From a virus (Duplodnaviria; Caudoviricetes), in the IMG/VR virus record IMGVR_UViG_3300008262_000059, positions 1 through 58,699 of that record: a stretch of 58,699 bases of DNA; one strand, written 5' to 3'. The number at the start of each line of letters is the position of its first letter. Position 1 is the first letter of the stretch. Both the position numbers and the translations under genes were made by a program. Positions 9,123 to 17,919 of the stretch are shown here, piece by piece. Below the pieces are notes generated by a model. The model had not been told where the DNA came from. It saw only the letters and a program-made list of their open reading frames with translations, and made no database searches.

Positions 9123-9574
9123 TGGCCTTTACCGGGAACTTTATGTGCACCAGCTTCAAGCAGCAGCTGCTTGAAGGCGCTCACGACTTCCGATCCTCGG
9201 GCGGCGATGTTTTCTATATCGCGCTTTATACGAACAGCGCCTCCTTCACGGCGGCCACGACGGCGTATACGTCCACCAACGAGATCACCAATACGTCTGG
9301 CACCGCCTATGTTGCCGGTGGGGCGATCCTCGGCAACGTAAACCCGTCCACCTCGGGCACGACCGCCCTGACGGACTTCGCTGACGAAACGTGGTCCAGC
9401 GCCTCTTTCACGGCGCGCGGGGCGATGATCTACAACAGCACCCCGGCTCACACCTACACGAACCCCTCGGTCGTTATCCTTGACTTCGGCTCGGATAAGA
9501 CGGCTTCGGCTGGCGATTTCACCGTCGTGTTCCCAACGGCGGACGCGAGCAACGCAATCATTCGCATTGCGTGA
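9122..9574 (+). CDS. Putative tail structural protein
   Basis: 150 aa, MCTSFKQQLLEG..LDFGSDKT. Confidence 0.65.
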   Translation: MAFTGNFMCTSFKQQLLEGAHDFRSSGGDVFYIALYTNSASFTAATTAYTSTNEITNTSGTAYVAGGAILGNVNPSTSGTTALTDFADETWSSASFTARGAMIYNSTPAHTYTNPSVVILDFGSDKTASAGDFTVVFPTADASNAIIRIA

Positions 9575-9580
9575 TGAGCC

Positions 9581-10252
9581 GTGACCGATGCTGTCGTAGC
9601 CTTTGAAGGATGGTCGCGTTCTGCCGGATGGGGTGAACTCCCGTTCGGTGAGGGCGCGGTCGTCATCGGGCTTGCGACGGGCGAGATCGGAAGTGTCACC
9701 GTAGCGGGAGGGGCTTCGGCTTCAGTTACGGGTGTCGAGGCGACGGCGGCTGTCGGTACGGTCGCCGTCGTTCTTTTTGCAAACGTCTCGGTTACGGGAG
9801 TTGAGGGCACAGGCGCTGTTGGAAGCGTCAATGTAGACATCGGCGGAGACGTTTCGGTTCAGGGTGTCGCTGGTACTGGCGAGGTCGGAACCGTTTCGGC
9901 CATTGTCAGCGTGACAGCAGCTGTCAGCGGCGTTGCTGGTACGGGTGAGGTCGGCACGGCGGACGCGACGGGCACTGCGGTCGTGGGTGTGACAGGTGTC
10001 GCCGGTACTGGCGGGGTGGGCACCGCCACGACATACTTTGTGATCTACGTCCCGGTGACTGGCGTCTCCGCAACGGCGTCTGTTGGGTCGGTCACTGTCT
10101 TTACAACAACGAACGTCTTTGTTGCAGGCGTTTCTGCAACAGGTTATGTTGGACAGGTCCTTGTCTGGGGACAGATTATCCCCAACCAGAACCCGAGTTG
10201 GAACGGAATATCGCCCGCCCAGTCGCCAAACTGGACCGAGATTGCCGCTTAG
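9581..10252 (+). CDS. Tail protein with VSVTGVxGTGxVG repeats
   Basis: Several approximately 20-aa Val/Gly/Thr repeats. Confidence 0.7.
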   Translation: MTDAVVAFEGWSRSAGWGELPFGEGAVVIGLATGEIGSVTVAGGASASVTGVEATAAVGTVAVVLFANVSVTGVEGTGAVGSVNVDIGGDVSVQGVAGTGEVGTVSAIVSVTAAVSGVAGTGEVGTADATGTAVVGVTGVAGTGGVGTATTYFVIYVPVTGVSATASVGSVTVFTTTNVFVAGVSATGYVGQVLVWGQIIPNQNPSWNGISPAQSPNWTEIAA

Positions 10253-10261
10253 GAGACTTGA

Positions 10262-12109
10262 ATGTCCACGTACTCGACAAACCTCAAGATTGAACTGATC
10301 GGCACGGGTGAGCAGTCCGGCACGTGGGGCGCGACGACCAACACGAACCTCGGCTCCCTTATCGAAGAAGCTATCGCTGGCTACGTGACGCAGGCCGTGA
10401 CGGACGGGTCGCCAACCGTTCTGACGATTCCAAACGGAGCCTCCTCTAATGGCCGCAACTACGTCATCGAGCTCACCGGAGCTCTGACAGCAGCCCGCAC
10501 CGTGGAGGTTCCTGCGGTTGATAAGCCCTACATCTTCTTTAACAACACGACTGGCGGTTTCGCCGTCACGGTTAAAGTCTCTGGTCAGACGGGCGTGGCG
10601 ATTGCCAACGGCAAGAAGGCCATCGTCTATGCCAACAGCACGGATGTCATCGAGGTCGCCAACGCTCCTGTCACGGAGGCGGGAACGCAGACCCTGACAA
10701 ACAAGACGCTTACCAGTCCGGTTCTGGTTACTCCTGCACTTGGAACCCCTGCTTCCGGTGTGCTGACCAATGTCACGGGCTTGCCTCTGACCACGGGTGT
10801 GACGGGAACGCTGCCGGTCGCTAATGGCGGCACTGGCGCAACAACGCTGACGGCGAACAACGTGGTTCTGGGGAACGGCACCAGCGCACCATTGTTTGTG
10901 GCCCCCGGCACTTCTGGTAATGTGTTGTCTTCTGATGGCACAACTTGGACCTCTTCCGCCCCGACTGCGGGCGGTCTATCTTACATTTTCACCACTACTC
11001 CGGTGACGGCTACAAATAACCAAGGCGTGCTGGCTGACACCTCGGCGGGGGCTTTCACAGTAACTTTGCCCTCTACACCTACTACCGGCGCTCAGGTAGT
11101 AGTGGCTGACGCTGGAGGTGCTTGGGGCACGAACAACCTTACCGTCGCGCGCAACGGCTCCACCATCAGCGGGCTCGCAGAAAACTTGGTGTGCGACATC
11201 TCCGGCGCGAGCGTGCAGTTCGTCTATGACGGCACGACTTGGGAGATCTATGCTCAGGTCGGCGGGAATGGTGGTACAGCCGTTACATTAGATGGCGTCC
11301 AAACCCTTACAAATAAGACGCTAACTAGCCCGGTACTAACCACCCCCGCGCTTGGAACGCCTGCTTCCGGCGTGCTGACCAACGTGACAGGCCTTCCGCT
11401 GACGACGGGTGTGACAGGTACGCTTCCTATTGCTAACGGCGGCACAGGAAGCACGGCAACTCCTACTGCTGGTGGGGTTGTTTATGGTACGGGTACTGTG
11501 CAGGCGATCACAACTGCGGGCACTTCCGGTCAGGTTCTGCAAAGTAACGGTGCTTCGGCCCCTAGTTGGGCAACTCCAAGCACTGGCGCTCTTACGCTGC
11601 TTTCCACCGTCACCGCCTCCAATTCGGCAACGGTTGATGTTGAAACGACGTTTAGCAGCACTTACGATGCGTATTTAATAGTAGGTAGTGGGATTACGAT
11701 TCAAACCGCGAATAGCACCTTGCAGCTGCGAATGAAGCTGGGCGGCGCTTATAACACTGCTGGTCCATACAGCTATCGGTCTAGTAGGCTGCCAAGTAAT
11801 ACGGCTACGTATTCAGCCAGTTCAACTGAATCAGCCACTTCTATCCTTGTTGGGAACGCAACTTCCTTTGGCACGGGCTCGGCAAACAGTCTTGATTTTG
11901 TACTTTATACGTTTAATCCTGCAAGCACGGCCTTTAACAAGCATGTGATTTGGCAGGGGATCTGTCAGGAAGGTGTAAACATGACTTCATTTAGTGGCGC
12001 AGGAAACTGTTCTGCGGCAGTAACCGCGCTGACTGGTCTTCGTTTCTTTGCCTCTTCGGGCAATCTTGTTGCGGGCTCCTTCCGCCTCTACGGCATCGCC
12101 AATTCATAA
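10262..12109 (+). CDS. Tail fibre protein
   Basis: N-terminal [15 protein letters not shown] anchor; ANGGTG and QTLTNKTL fibre motifs; C-terminal GSFRLYGI tip. Confidence 0.82.
   Translation: MSTYSTNLKIELIGTGEQSGTWGATTNTNLGSLIEEAIAGYVTQAVTDGSPTVLTIPNGASSNGRNYVIELTGALTAARTVEVPAVDKPYIFFNNTTGGFAVTVKVSGQTGVAIANGKKAIVYANSTDVIEVANAPVTEAGTQTLTNKTLTSPVLVTPALGTPASGVLTNVTGLPLTTGVTGTLPVANGGTGATTLTANNVVLGNGTSAPLFVAPGTSGNVLSSDGTTWTSSAPTAGGLSYIFTTTPVTATNNQGVLADTSAGAFTVTLPSTPTTGAQVVVADAGGAWGTNNLTVARNGSTISGLAENLVCDISGASVQFVYDGTTWEIYAQVGGNGGTAVTLDGVQTLTNKTLTSPVLTTPALGTPASGVLTNVTGLPLTTGVTGTLPIANGGTGSTATPTAGGVVYGTGTVQAITTAGTSGQVLQSNGASAPSWATPSTGALTLLSTVTASNSATVDVETTFSSTYDAYLIVGSGITIQTANSTLQLRMKLGGAYNTAGPYSYRSSRLPSNTATYSASSTESATSILVGNATSFGTGSANSLDFVLYTFNPASTAFNKHVIWQGICQEGVNMTSFSGAGNCSAAVTALTGLRFFASSGNLVAGSFRLYGIANS
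10682..11449 (+). repeat. Duplicated 52-codon module within the tail fibre (10682-10837 and 11294-11449)
   Basis: [52 protein letters not shown] occurs twice. Confidence 0.9.
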
Positions 12110-12118
12110 GGACGCACC

Positions 12119-12373
12119 ATGCCAAACTATCACGCAACATCAGAAGGCAACGTCCCATTTACCGCAGAGGAAGAAGCCTTGTGGGCAGCGGAGCAGGCTG
12201 CTCATGCCGAGAAACAGGCCGCGCTTGCCAAGATCGCATACCAAGTTCAACGCGCCGCAGCCTACCCGCCCATTGGCGACCAGCTCGATGCCTTATGGAA
12301 GGGCGGCGATGCTGCTGCCGAAATGCTCGTGCAGGTTCAGTCCGTCAAGGCTGCATACCCAAAGCCGGAGTAA
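12119..12373 (+). CDS. Putative tail fibre assembly chaperone
   Basis: FTAEEEA..RAAAYPPIGDQLDALW..VKAAYPK directly after the fibre. Confidence 0.65.
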   Translation: MPNYHATSEGNVPFTAEEEALWAAEQAAHAEKQAALAKIAYQVQRAAAYPPIGDQLDALWKGGDAAAEMLVQVQSVKAAYPKPE

Positions 12374-12376
12374 CCA

Positions 12377-12637
12377 ATGTCAACGCTTTCTGGACTCATC
12401 ACCCCGACTAATGTGCTCACGGCGACTGGTACAGCAACAGTAACGAATAAGACCATTGGTTTCTCAACCAATACGTTTAGCGGGTCGCTTGCCGCAGCAA
12501 ACGGTGGCACCGGGCTTACCGCTTCCGGTACTCTTGGAAATGTGTTGACCAGCGACGGAACGACTTGGGTAAGCTCTGCACCGGCAGGCGGCGTAACAAC
12601 CGCGAAAGCGTACTTTTTCTCCGGCTTCGGCGGATAG
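12377..12637 (+). CDS. Short tail-fibre-like protein
   Basis: ANGGTG..GNVLTSDGTTWVSSAP shared with the main fibre; GGAG RBS. Confidence 0.6.
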   Translation: MSTLSGLITPTNVLTATGTATVTNKTIGFSTNTFSGSLAAANGGTGLTASGTLGNVLTSDGTTWVSSAPAGGVTTAKAYFFSGFGG

Positions 12638-12647
12638 GAGCTAGAAA

Positions 12648-12962
12648 ATGGCGTCAGGAACTCTTGGACAATCTGCGCCTAGCGCAGTCACAAACACTAC
12701 GGTCTACACGGTTCCGTCTGGAAAGACGGCGACGTTCAACGTGAACATCTGCAACAGAAGTTATGTGACGGGTATGCTCGTCAGGATTGCTGTTTGCGCT
12801 TCCAGCACACCAGCAAACTCAGAGTACATTGAGTACGATGTTCCGATTGATCCGAACTCAGCGATTGAGCGCACTGGTATTGTCGCTTCAGCCGGAAAAC
12901 TGGTTGTTGTATACGCCAGCACTGCTGATGCCAGCGTCAACGTTTATGGCTTTGAGGAGTAA
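12648..12962 (+). CDS. Small beta-sandwich virion protein
   Basis: TVYTVPSGKTA..NVYGFEE; AGGAG RBS. Confidence 0.6.
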   Translation: MASGTLGQSAPSAVTNTTVYTVPSGKTATFNVNICNRSYVTGMLVRIAVCASSTPANSEYIEYDVPIDPNSAIERTGIVASAGKLVVVYASTADASVNVYGFEE

Positions 12963-12967
12963 CTAAA

Positions 12968-13858
12968 ATGGGGCGCAATGTTCTTCAGAGCAGCAAAGTA
13001 AGCCCTTCCGGTCCAATCACTAAGCCATTCGGGCGCGGGAATGTGCAGTTTTTCTACTCCACGACAACGTGGACTATTCCGACTGGCGTGACGGCTGTTC
13101 GCGTTCGTGTGTGGGGTGGCGGGGCTAATTATTATTATTTAGCAGGCGCTGGTAAAAATCCTGCCGCAACTAGAGCTGGGGCAGGCGGTGGTTTTGCTAT
13201 GAAAGTAGTAACCGGGTTGACGCCCGGTGGAACGGTCACAGTCACTGTTCCTGCAATAGTATCGACAAATGGCGCCGCTGGTGGGACTTGCAGCTTTGGC
13301 GCTCACGTTTCTGCTACAGGCGGCTCTGCATCATCTTCTAGTTCTACTGGTGGGGCGGGTTCTAGCGGAGATGTGAATTATACCGGAGGCGCAACAAACT
13401 CGGATAACACAATAGCTGGTGCCGGCGGCGGCGGAGTTGCTAACCTTTTCGGAGACGGTGGGGACGGCAGCGTATCTGGCTCTGGCACTTCGAACCGTGC
13501 AACGAACAAGGCCAGCGGCGGCGGCGGACAGTATGGTGCTGCGGCTCCAAACTCGTCTGGCGGTTCTAGTTTTTTTGCAAGGGGAGGAGTGCAACCAAAT
13601 ACCGCTTATTGTGTATTACCGGAGTCCGGCAACCTAACAGGAAGTCTTGACCTTATTGGTGTTGGCGGCGGTGGCGCAGGAATGGTTACTGCTGGTGTTG
13701 GACCTCAAAAAGGGATTAATGGCGGCGGGGGCGGTGGGAGTACCGGCTCTGCCCCCGGCTCTGGTGGGTTCCCCGGCGGCGGCTGCGGAAGTGGCTCTTC
13801 TGTCACACCGACTAACGCTGCAATGGGCGCGGCTGGTCTTGTAATTGTGGAGTGGTGA
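12968..13858 (+). CDS. Glycine-rich tail fibre/receptor-binding protein
   Basis: TWTIPTGVTAVRVRVWGGG..GAGGGFA..GAAGLVIVEW glycine-rich domain. Confidence 0.7.
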   Translation: MGRNVLQSSKVSPSGPITKPFGRGNVQFFYSTTTWTIPTGVTAVRVRVWGGGANYYYLAGAGKNPAATRAGAGGGFAMKVVTGLTPGGTVTVTVPAIVSTNGAAGGTCSFGAHVSATGGSASSSSSTGGAGSSGDVNYTGGATNSDNTIAGAGGGGVANLFGDGGDGSVSGSGTSNRATNKASGGGGQYGAAAPNSSGGSSFFARGGVQPNTAYCVLPESGNLTGSLDLIGVGGGGAGMVTAGVGPQKGINGGGGGGSTGSAPGSGGFPGGGCGSGSSVTPTNAAMGAAGLVIVEW

Positions 13859-13859
13859 G

Positions 13860-14087
13860 ATGAAGTACGCTCGTCTCTTTGAAAACACGGTTGGTGAAGT
13901 CTTTGTTCCCCTAAGTGGAGTGGACATCTCTGAGTGCTTTACCGCTGAAGTGTGTCAGATGTTTTCCGTCATTCCTGACAATGTTGAGGTCGGCTGGATT
14001 AAGCTGCCCGATGGCAGCTTCGTTGCTCCTCCTGACCCCGCTCCAGAGACGGGGCCAATTCCTGTGACTGATCTTGGTGCCCAATGA
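13860..14087 (+). CDS. Putative fibre chaperone
   Basis: MKYARL..VEVGW..GSFVAPP after the glycine-rich gene. Confidence 0.55.
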   Translation: MKYARLFENTVGEVFVPLSGVDISECFTAEVCQMFSVIPDNVEVGWIKLPDGSFVAPPDPAPETGPIPVTDLGAQ

Positions 14088-14455
14088 CGGACAAGCCAGA
14101 AATCCTGCTTAGTTGCGTTTCCTCTGTCTATGTTCGCCAGATGACCTTTCACAAGGCTGGCGACATAGAGCAGGGACACGCGCATAAGTTTGACCATCAA
14201 ACTCTCGTCGCGAAGGGTTCTGTGAAGATAACGACGAATGGGAAGGAGAGTGTGTTTTCTGCTCCCCATATCGTTTTTATCCGCAAAGAGCAGGTGCATG
14301 AGCTTGTGGCAATGGAGGACAACACTGTTTGCTACTGCATCCATGCACTTCGTGATGGCGATGATGTCTGCGACATCATTCCGCCAGACGCAATTCCGTT
14401 TGGTGCCGGTTCTGAGGAAGCCTTCAAGAAGGCAGATAGCCTGCTGTTCTCATAA
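14084..14455 (+). CDS. Cupin-fold protein
   Basis: GHAHKFDHQTLVAKG and HELVA metal-binding His motifs; YCIHA. Confidence 0.72.
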   Translation: MTDKPEILLSCVSSVYVRQMTFHKAGDIEQGHAHKFDHQTLVAKGSVKITTNGKESVFSAPHIVFIRKEQVHELVAMEDNTVCYCIHALRDGDDVCDIIPPDAIPFGAGSEEAFKKADSLLFS

Positions 14456-14676
14456 TGCTGGAGATCGACTGCATAGGGCTTTGCTGCCCAGAGCCGATAA
14501 TGATCGCGCACAAAGCTGTGCGGTCATTTGACGTTGGTCAGCATATAAAGGTTCTAGCAACTGATCCTCTTGCATGTGAGGATTTTAAGAGTTTCTGCAA
14601 ATCTATGGGGCATGAGTTTATAGGAGCCTCAAAGAATGGAGAGGTTTTTGAAATAATTATCAAGAAGGTTCGATAG
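14455..14676 (+). CDS. tusA: TusA/SirA-like sulfur carrier protein
   Basis: 73 aa, IDCIGLCCPEP (CPxP), VLATDP..DF..FC..MGH..IIIKK. Confidence 0.85.
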   Translation: MLEIDCIGLCCPEPIMIAHKAVRSFDVGQHIKVLATDPLACEDFKSFCKSMGHEFIGASKNGEVFEIIIKKVR

Positions 14677-15273
14677 ATGGTTTTCATCATAAGAAACTTC
14701 TTATCGACTGATGATATGCGCGAATTAAACACCTTTGTGGACGAAGGTGTAAAACTTGGGTGGCTTGGCCCCGGTATAGATCGAGGCAGGTTTAATTATT
14801 CTGGACGATATACGTCTAGGCTTTATGGAGACAATTTTGAATATCCTGAAATCGTAGGTGATGTTTATAAGAGGATAACAGATGCTTTATCACTGCACGA
14901 TCTGAAAAAGAGCGTGCTTGGAGGCGGCAAAAACGGTGTTGTCGTTAGTTGCACATTCCACGGCGGCGATGTGTATGAACACAAAGACCCAAAAGAGGAA
15001 AACGGCTTAGAAGTTTTGAGGTGCAACATAATGACAAGAAGCCCGACAGATGGCGGTGTCTTGTTTGTTGACGGAAAGCAGGTTGATCTAGGAGAAGGCG
15101 ATCTTCACTGCTACCTAGCGTCGAATGTAAAGCATTATGTCACACCTGTATCTGGGCCGATCTCAAGGGTTCTTTGGATGTTTGGGTATCAGGTAAGTCA
15201 GCAAGACTGGGATAGAAAACTTGCTAATGTGTTGGTAAAGTTGAAACAGACTGATAAAGGGCAACCGCAATGA
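14677..15273 (+). CDS. Putative 2OG-Fe(II) oxygenase
   Basis: HKD..GG.L..H(YVT)..R layout of a double-stranded beta-helix dioxygenase. Confidence 0.65.
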   Translation: MVFIIRNFLSTDDMRELNTFVDEGVKLGWLGPGIDRGRFNYSGRYTSRLYGDNFEYPEIVGDVYKRITDALSLHDLKKSVLGGGKNGVVVSCTFHGGDVYEHKDPKEENGLEVLRCNIMTRSPTDGGVLFVDGKQVDLGEGDLHCYLASNVKHYVTPVSGPISRVLWMFGYQVSQQDWDRKLANVLVKLKQTDKGQPQ

Positions 15274-15407
15274 CGCCGCACATAGACGACACAGTAAAGC
15301 ACGTTGCTGATGCCGCCTCGGTCGTCACAGTCATCGGAACGCTGGCGGTCGATGAAATACTGGATCGCGGAAGAGGTGCCGACGTGCACGCGCCCTACTT
15401 CCAGTGA
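15270..15407 (+). pseudogene. Possible truncated membrane-protein (holin-like) remnant
   Basis: MTPHIDDTVKHVADAASVVTVIGTLA then loses hydrophobicity and stops at 45 aa. Confidence 0.3.
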
Positions 15408-15454
15408 TACTTGGGAAATGCCCTCGTGGCCTACTTCGTATAAGGTGCCGTGAC

Positions 15455-15643
15455 ATGAACGACACGCGGACAGTTGTGGACGGAGCCATCGCCGCTGGAG
15501 CCATCACGCTCCCTTGGTGGGTAGTTCACCTGTCCGGGTGGGTGTCGTTCTTCACCGTCCTTGGCGGTTTGATTCTGGTGTGCTTCCGAATTATGCTTGC
15601 CTATCGTGAGTTAAAGTCGAAAGACCAGAAACAAGATCAATGA
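15455..15643 (+). CDS. Small membrane protein (holin-like)
   Basis: 62 aa with hydrophobic segments and a charged C-terminus. Confidence 0.5.
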   Translation: MNDTRTVVDGAIAAGAITLPWWVVHLSGWVSFFTVLGGLILVCFRIMLAYRELKSKDQKQDQ

Positions 15644-15653
15644 GGAACGGTGG

Positions 15654-17522
15654 ATGTCGCTCCAGAGACTTCAGTTCCGCCCCGGTGTCATCCGGGATGT
15701 GACCGGGTACACGAACGAGGGCGGCTGGCGCGTCAGCAACCTCGTTCGTTTCCGCTTGGGGTTTCCGGAGTCCATCGGCGGTTGGGAGAAGTACGCTCCT
15801 CTCTACTCCTTCCTTGGAACCTGCCGATCCATGCTCAACTGGGTCGCGCTTGATGGCTCGAACTATCTCGCCTTCGGCACGAACCTGAAATACTACGTCG
15901 AGCTTGGCGGATATAACTACGACATCACGCCCATCCGCGCGACCGCGACTCTTAACAACCCGTTTGCGGCGACCAACGGCTTTCCAACGATCACCGTTAC
16001 CGATGCCGCGCACGGCTGCGTGACAGGCGACTATGTGACGTTTAGCGGTGCGGTGTCGCTCGGCGGAAACATTACTGCGACGATCCTCAACAAAGAGTAC
16101 TCTGTCACGGTTGTTGACGCGAACACCTATACGATTACGGCTTCTGTCAACGCCAACTCTTCTGATACCGGGAACGGCGGCGCATCAGTCACGGCAGCAT
16201 ATCAAATCAACATCGGTCTTGATAACGCTGTTTTAGGAAACGGCTGGGGCGCAGGCTATTGGGGACGTGACACGTGGGGGTCTGGAACTACCCTTAACGT
16301 CACTCAGCAACTTCGTCTCTGGTCTCAGGACAACTACGGCGAAGACCTGATCTTCAACATTCGTGACGGAGACATCTATTACTGGGATGCTTCGACCGCG
16401 AACATCGTTCCACTGACCAGCGCCCAGCGCGGCGTGGCTCTTTCGTCCCTGTCCACGGACAGTGGAACACCGACCATTGCCAGTCAGGTGTTGGTCTCGG
16501 ATCGTGACAGGCACGTCATTGCGTTCGGGGCGAACTCCGGAGGGTCCACGGCCCAAGATCCTTTGTCCATTCGGTTCTCCTCGCAGGAAGACCCGTTCAC
16601 GTGGACGCCTGCTCCAACCAACACGGCTGGCGAGCTTCGTATTGGTTCGGGAACTCACATCGTTAAGGCTATCGAGACTAAGCGTGAAATCATCGTGTTC
16701 ACGGATGTCGCTGCGTACTCGATGCAGTTCATTGGTCCGCCGGATACGTTTGGTATTCAGCAGGTGGCGGCAGGCACGACGATCTGCGGATACAATAGCG
16801 CCGTCTCTGTTGATGACACGATCTTCTGGATGGGCATCAACACGTTCTACGTCTACTCCGGTCAGACGCAGGAGCTTGTTTGCCCGCTGTTGAACTACGT
16901 GTTCAACGACTTCAACAAGGACGAGGCGAACAAGGTGTTCGCCGCGTCTAACTCCGAGTTCAACGAAGTCACGTGGTTCTATCCATCCGCCACATCCTCC
17001 GAGAACGATCTGTACGTGACGTACAATTACGTCGAGCGGGTCTGGACGTACGGATCTCTGGCTCGTACCGGCTGGATTGATCGCGGAACGCGAAACTACC
17101 CGACAGGGGCCGCGACAGACGGCTATCTCTACTATCACGAGAAGGGCACTGACGACGGCAGCACCGTGCCTCCGTCCCCGCTGAACGCCTATATCGAAAG
17201 CGCGCCTGTCGAGATCGGGGATGGGGATAAGTTCTCCTTCGTCCGCCGCGTGATCCCGGACGTGTCTTTCTATAACGCCACGAACAGCCCAACCGTGAAC
17301 TTCACGTTGAAAACACAGAACTACCCCGGCTCGAACTACGAGAGCGGCTCTAACTCGTCTGTTGTCAGGACGGCCACGGTCCCTGTGGATCAATACACGC
17401 AGGTGCTGGATGTCCGGCTGCGTGGGCGGTCTGTCATACTCAGGGTCGAGAGCAACAGGGTTGGGACTCGTTGGGGTCTGGGGTCGCCACGTCTTGAGAC
17501 GCAAGTCGATGGGCGGCGCTGA
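15654..17522 (+). CDS. Tail nozzle/DNA-stabilisation protein (P22 gp10 / tail tubular B-like)
   Basis: 622-aa beta-rich protein; IRFSSQED..NTAGELRI; C-terminal DGRR; precedes the ejection proteins. Confidence 0.7.
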   Translation: MSLQRLQFRPGVIRDVTGYTNEGGWRVSNLVRFRLGFPESIGGWEKYAPLYSFLGTCRSMLNWVALDGSNYLAFGTNLKYYVELGGYNYDITPIRATATLNNPFAATNGFPTITVTDAAHGCVTGDYVTFSGAVSLGGNITATILNKEYSVTVVDANTYTITASVNANSSDTGNGGASVTAAYQINIGLDNAVLGNGWGAGYWGRDTWGSGTTLNVTQQLRLWSQDNYGEDLIFNIRDGDIYYWDASTANIVPLTSAQRGVALSSLSTDSGTPTIASQVLVSDRDRHVIAFGANSGGSTAQDPLSIRFSSQEDPFTWTPAPTNTAGELRIGSGTHIVKAIETKREIIVFTDVAAYSMQFIGPPDTFGIQQVAAGTTICGYNSAVSVDDTIFWMGINTFYVYSGQTQELVCPLLNYVFNDFNKDEANKVFAASNSEFNEVTWFYPSATSSENDLYVTYNYVERVWTYGSLARTGWIDRGTRNYPTGAATDGYLYYHEKGTDDGSTVPPSPLNAYIESAPVEIGDGDKFSFVRRVIPDVSFYNATNSPTVNFTLKTQNYPGSNYESGSNSSVVRTATVPVDQYTQVLDVRLRGRSVILRVESNRVGTRWGLGSPRLETQVDGRR

Positions 17523-17815
17523 TGGATGTCCGGCTGGTCTTCCCGACCTTTCCGAACCCTCCTTCGCAATACAACCAGCAGTATCTTGAGGCTCTGGTTC
17601 GTTCGTTGGATGCGCTTGTCCGGGTCATCCGGGCTCCGGGTGAGGGGCGTCAGACGACCATTGTCCTGACGAACTTGCAGTCGAACGACTACGGCCTTGA
17701 GCCGGGAACGATCTTCGAGGTGAACGGGGCGCTGCGGGTTTCTGTTTTGTACAGCCCGTACGTCGCCGGTCTGTCCGCCACAGGGTCTGTCGGGTCTGTG
17801 ACAGTTACGACCTGA
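17522..17815 (+). CDS. Small tail protein
   Basis: 97-aa coupled ORF ending in SATGSVGSVTV. Confidence 0.6.
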   Translation: MDVRLVFPTFPNPPSQYNQQYLEALVRSLDALVRVIRAPGEGRQTTIVLTNLQSNDYGLEPGTIFEVNGALRVSVLYSPYVAGLSATGSVGSVTVTT

Positions 17816-17816
17816 C

Positions 17817-17845
17817 TTGTCTTTAAGGCTGTAAACGGGTAGGTT
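17817..17845 (+). promoter_or_regulatory. Candidate sigma70 promoter for the ejection-protein genes
   Basis: TTGTCT N17 TAGGTT in an intergenic gap. Confidence 0.45.
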
Positions 17846-17919
17846 TTCAGACGCCAGTATCAGGCTCTGGCCCTGCTCAAAACCTTAGTCGCTATATGCG
17901 CGCCTCATAGGGAACGATA

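Noticed and set aside
10682-11449. Diversity-generating retroelement TR/VR pair
   Set aside because: Differences are synonymous and not adenine-specific, both copies are coding, and no reverse transcriptase is present
16233-17504. 423-aa antisense ORF
   Set aside because: Shadow of the tail nozzle gene; no motifs; expected from GC-rich codon bias
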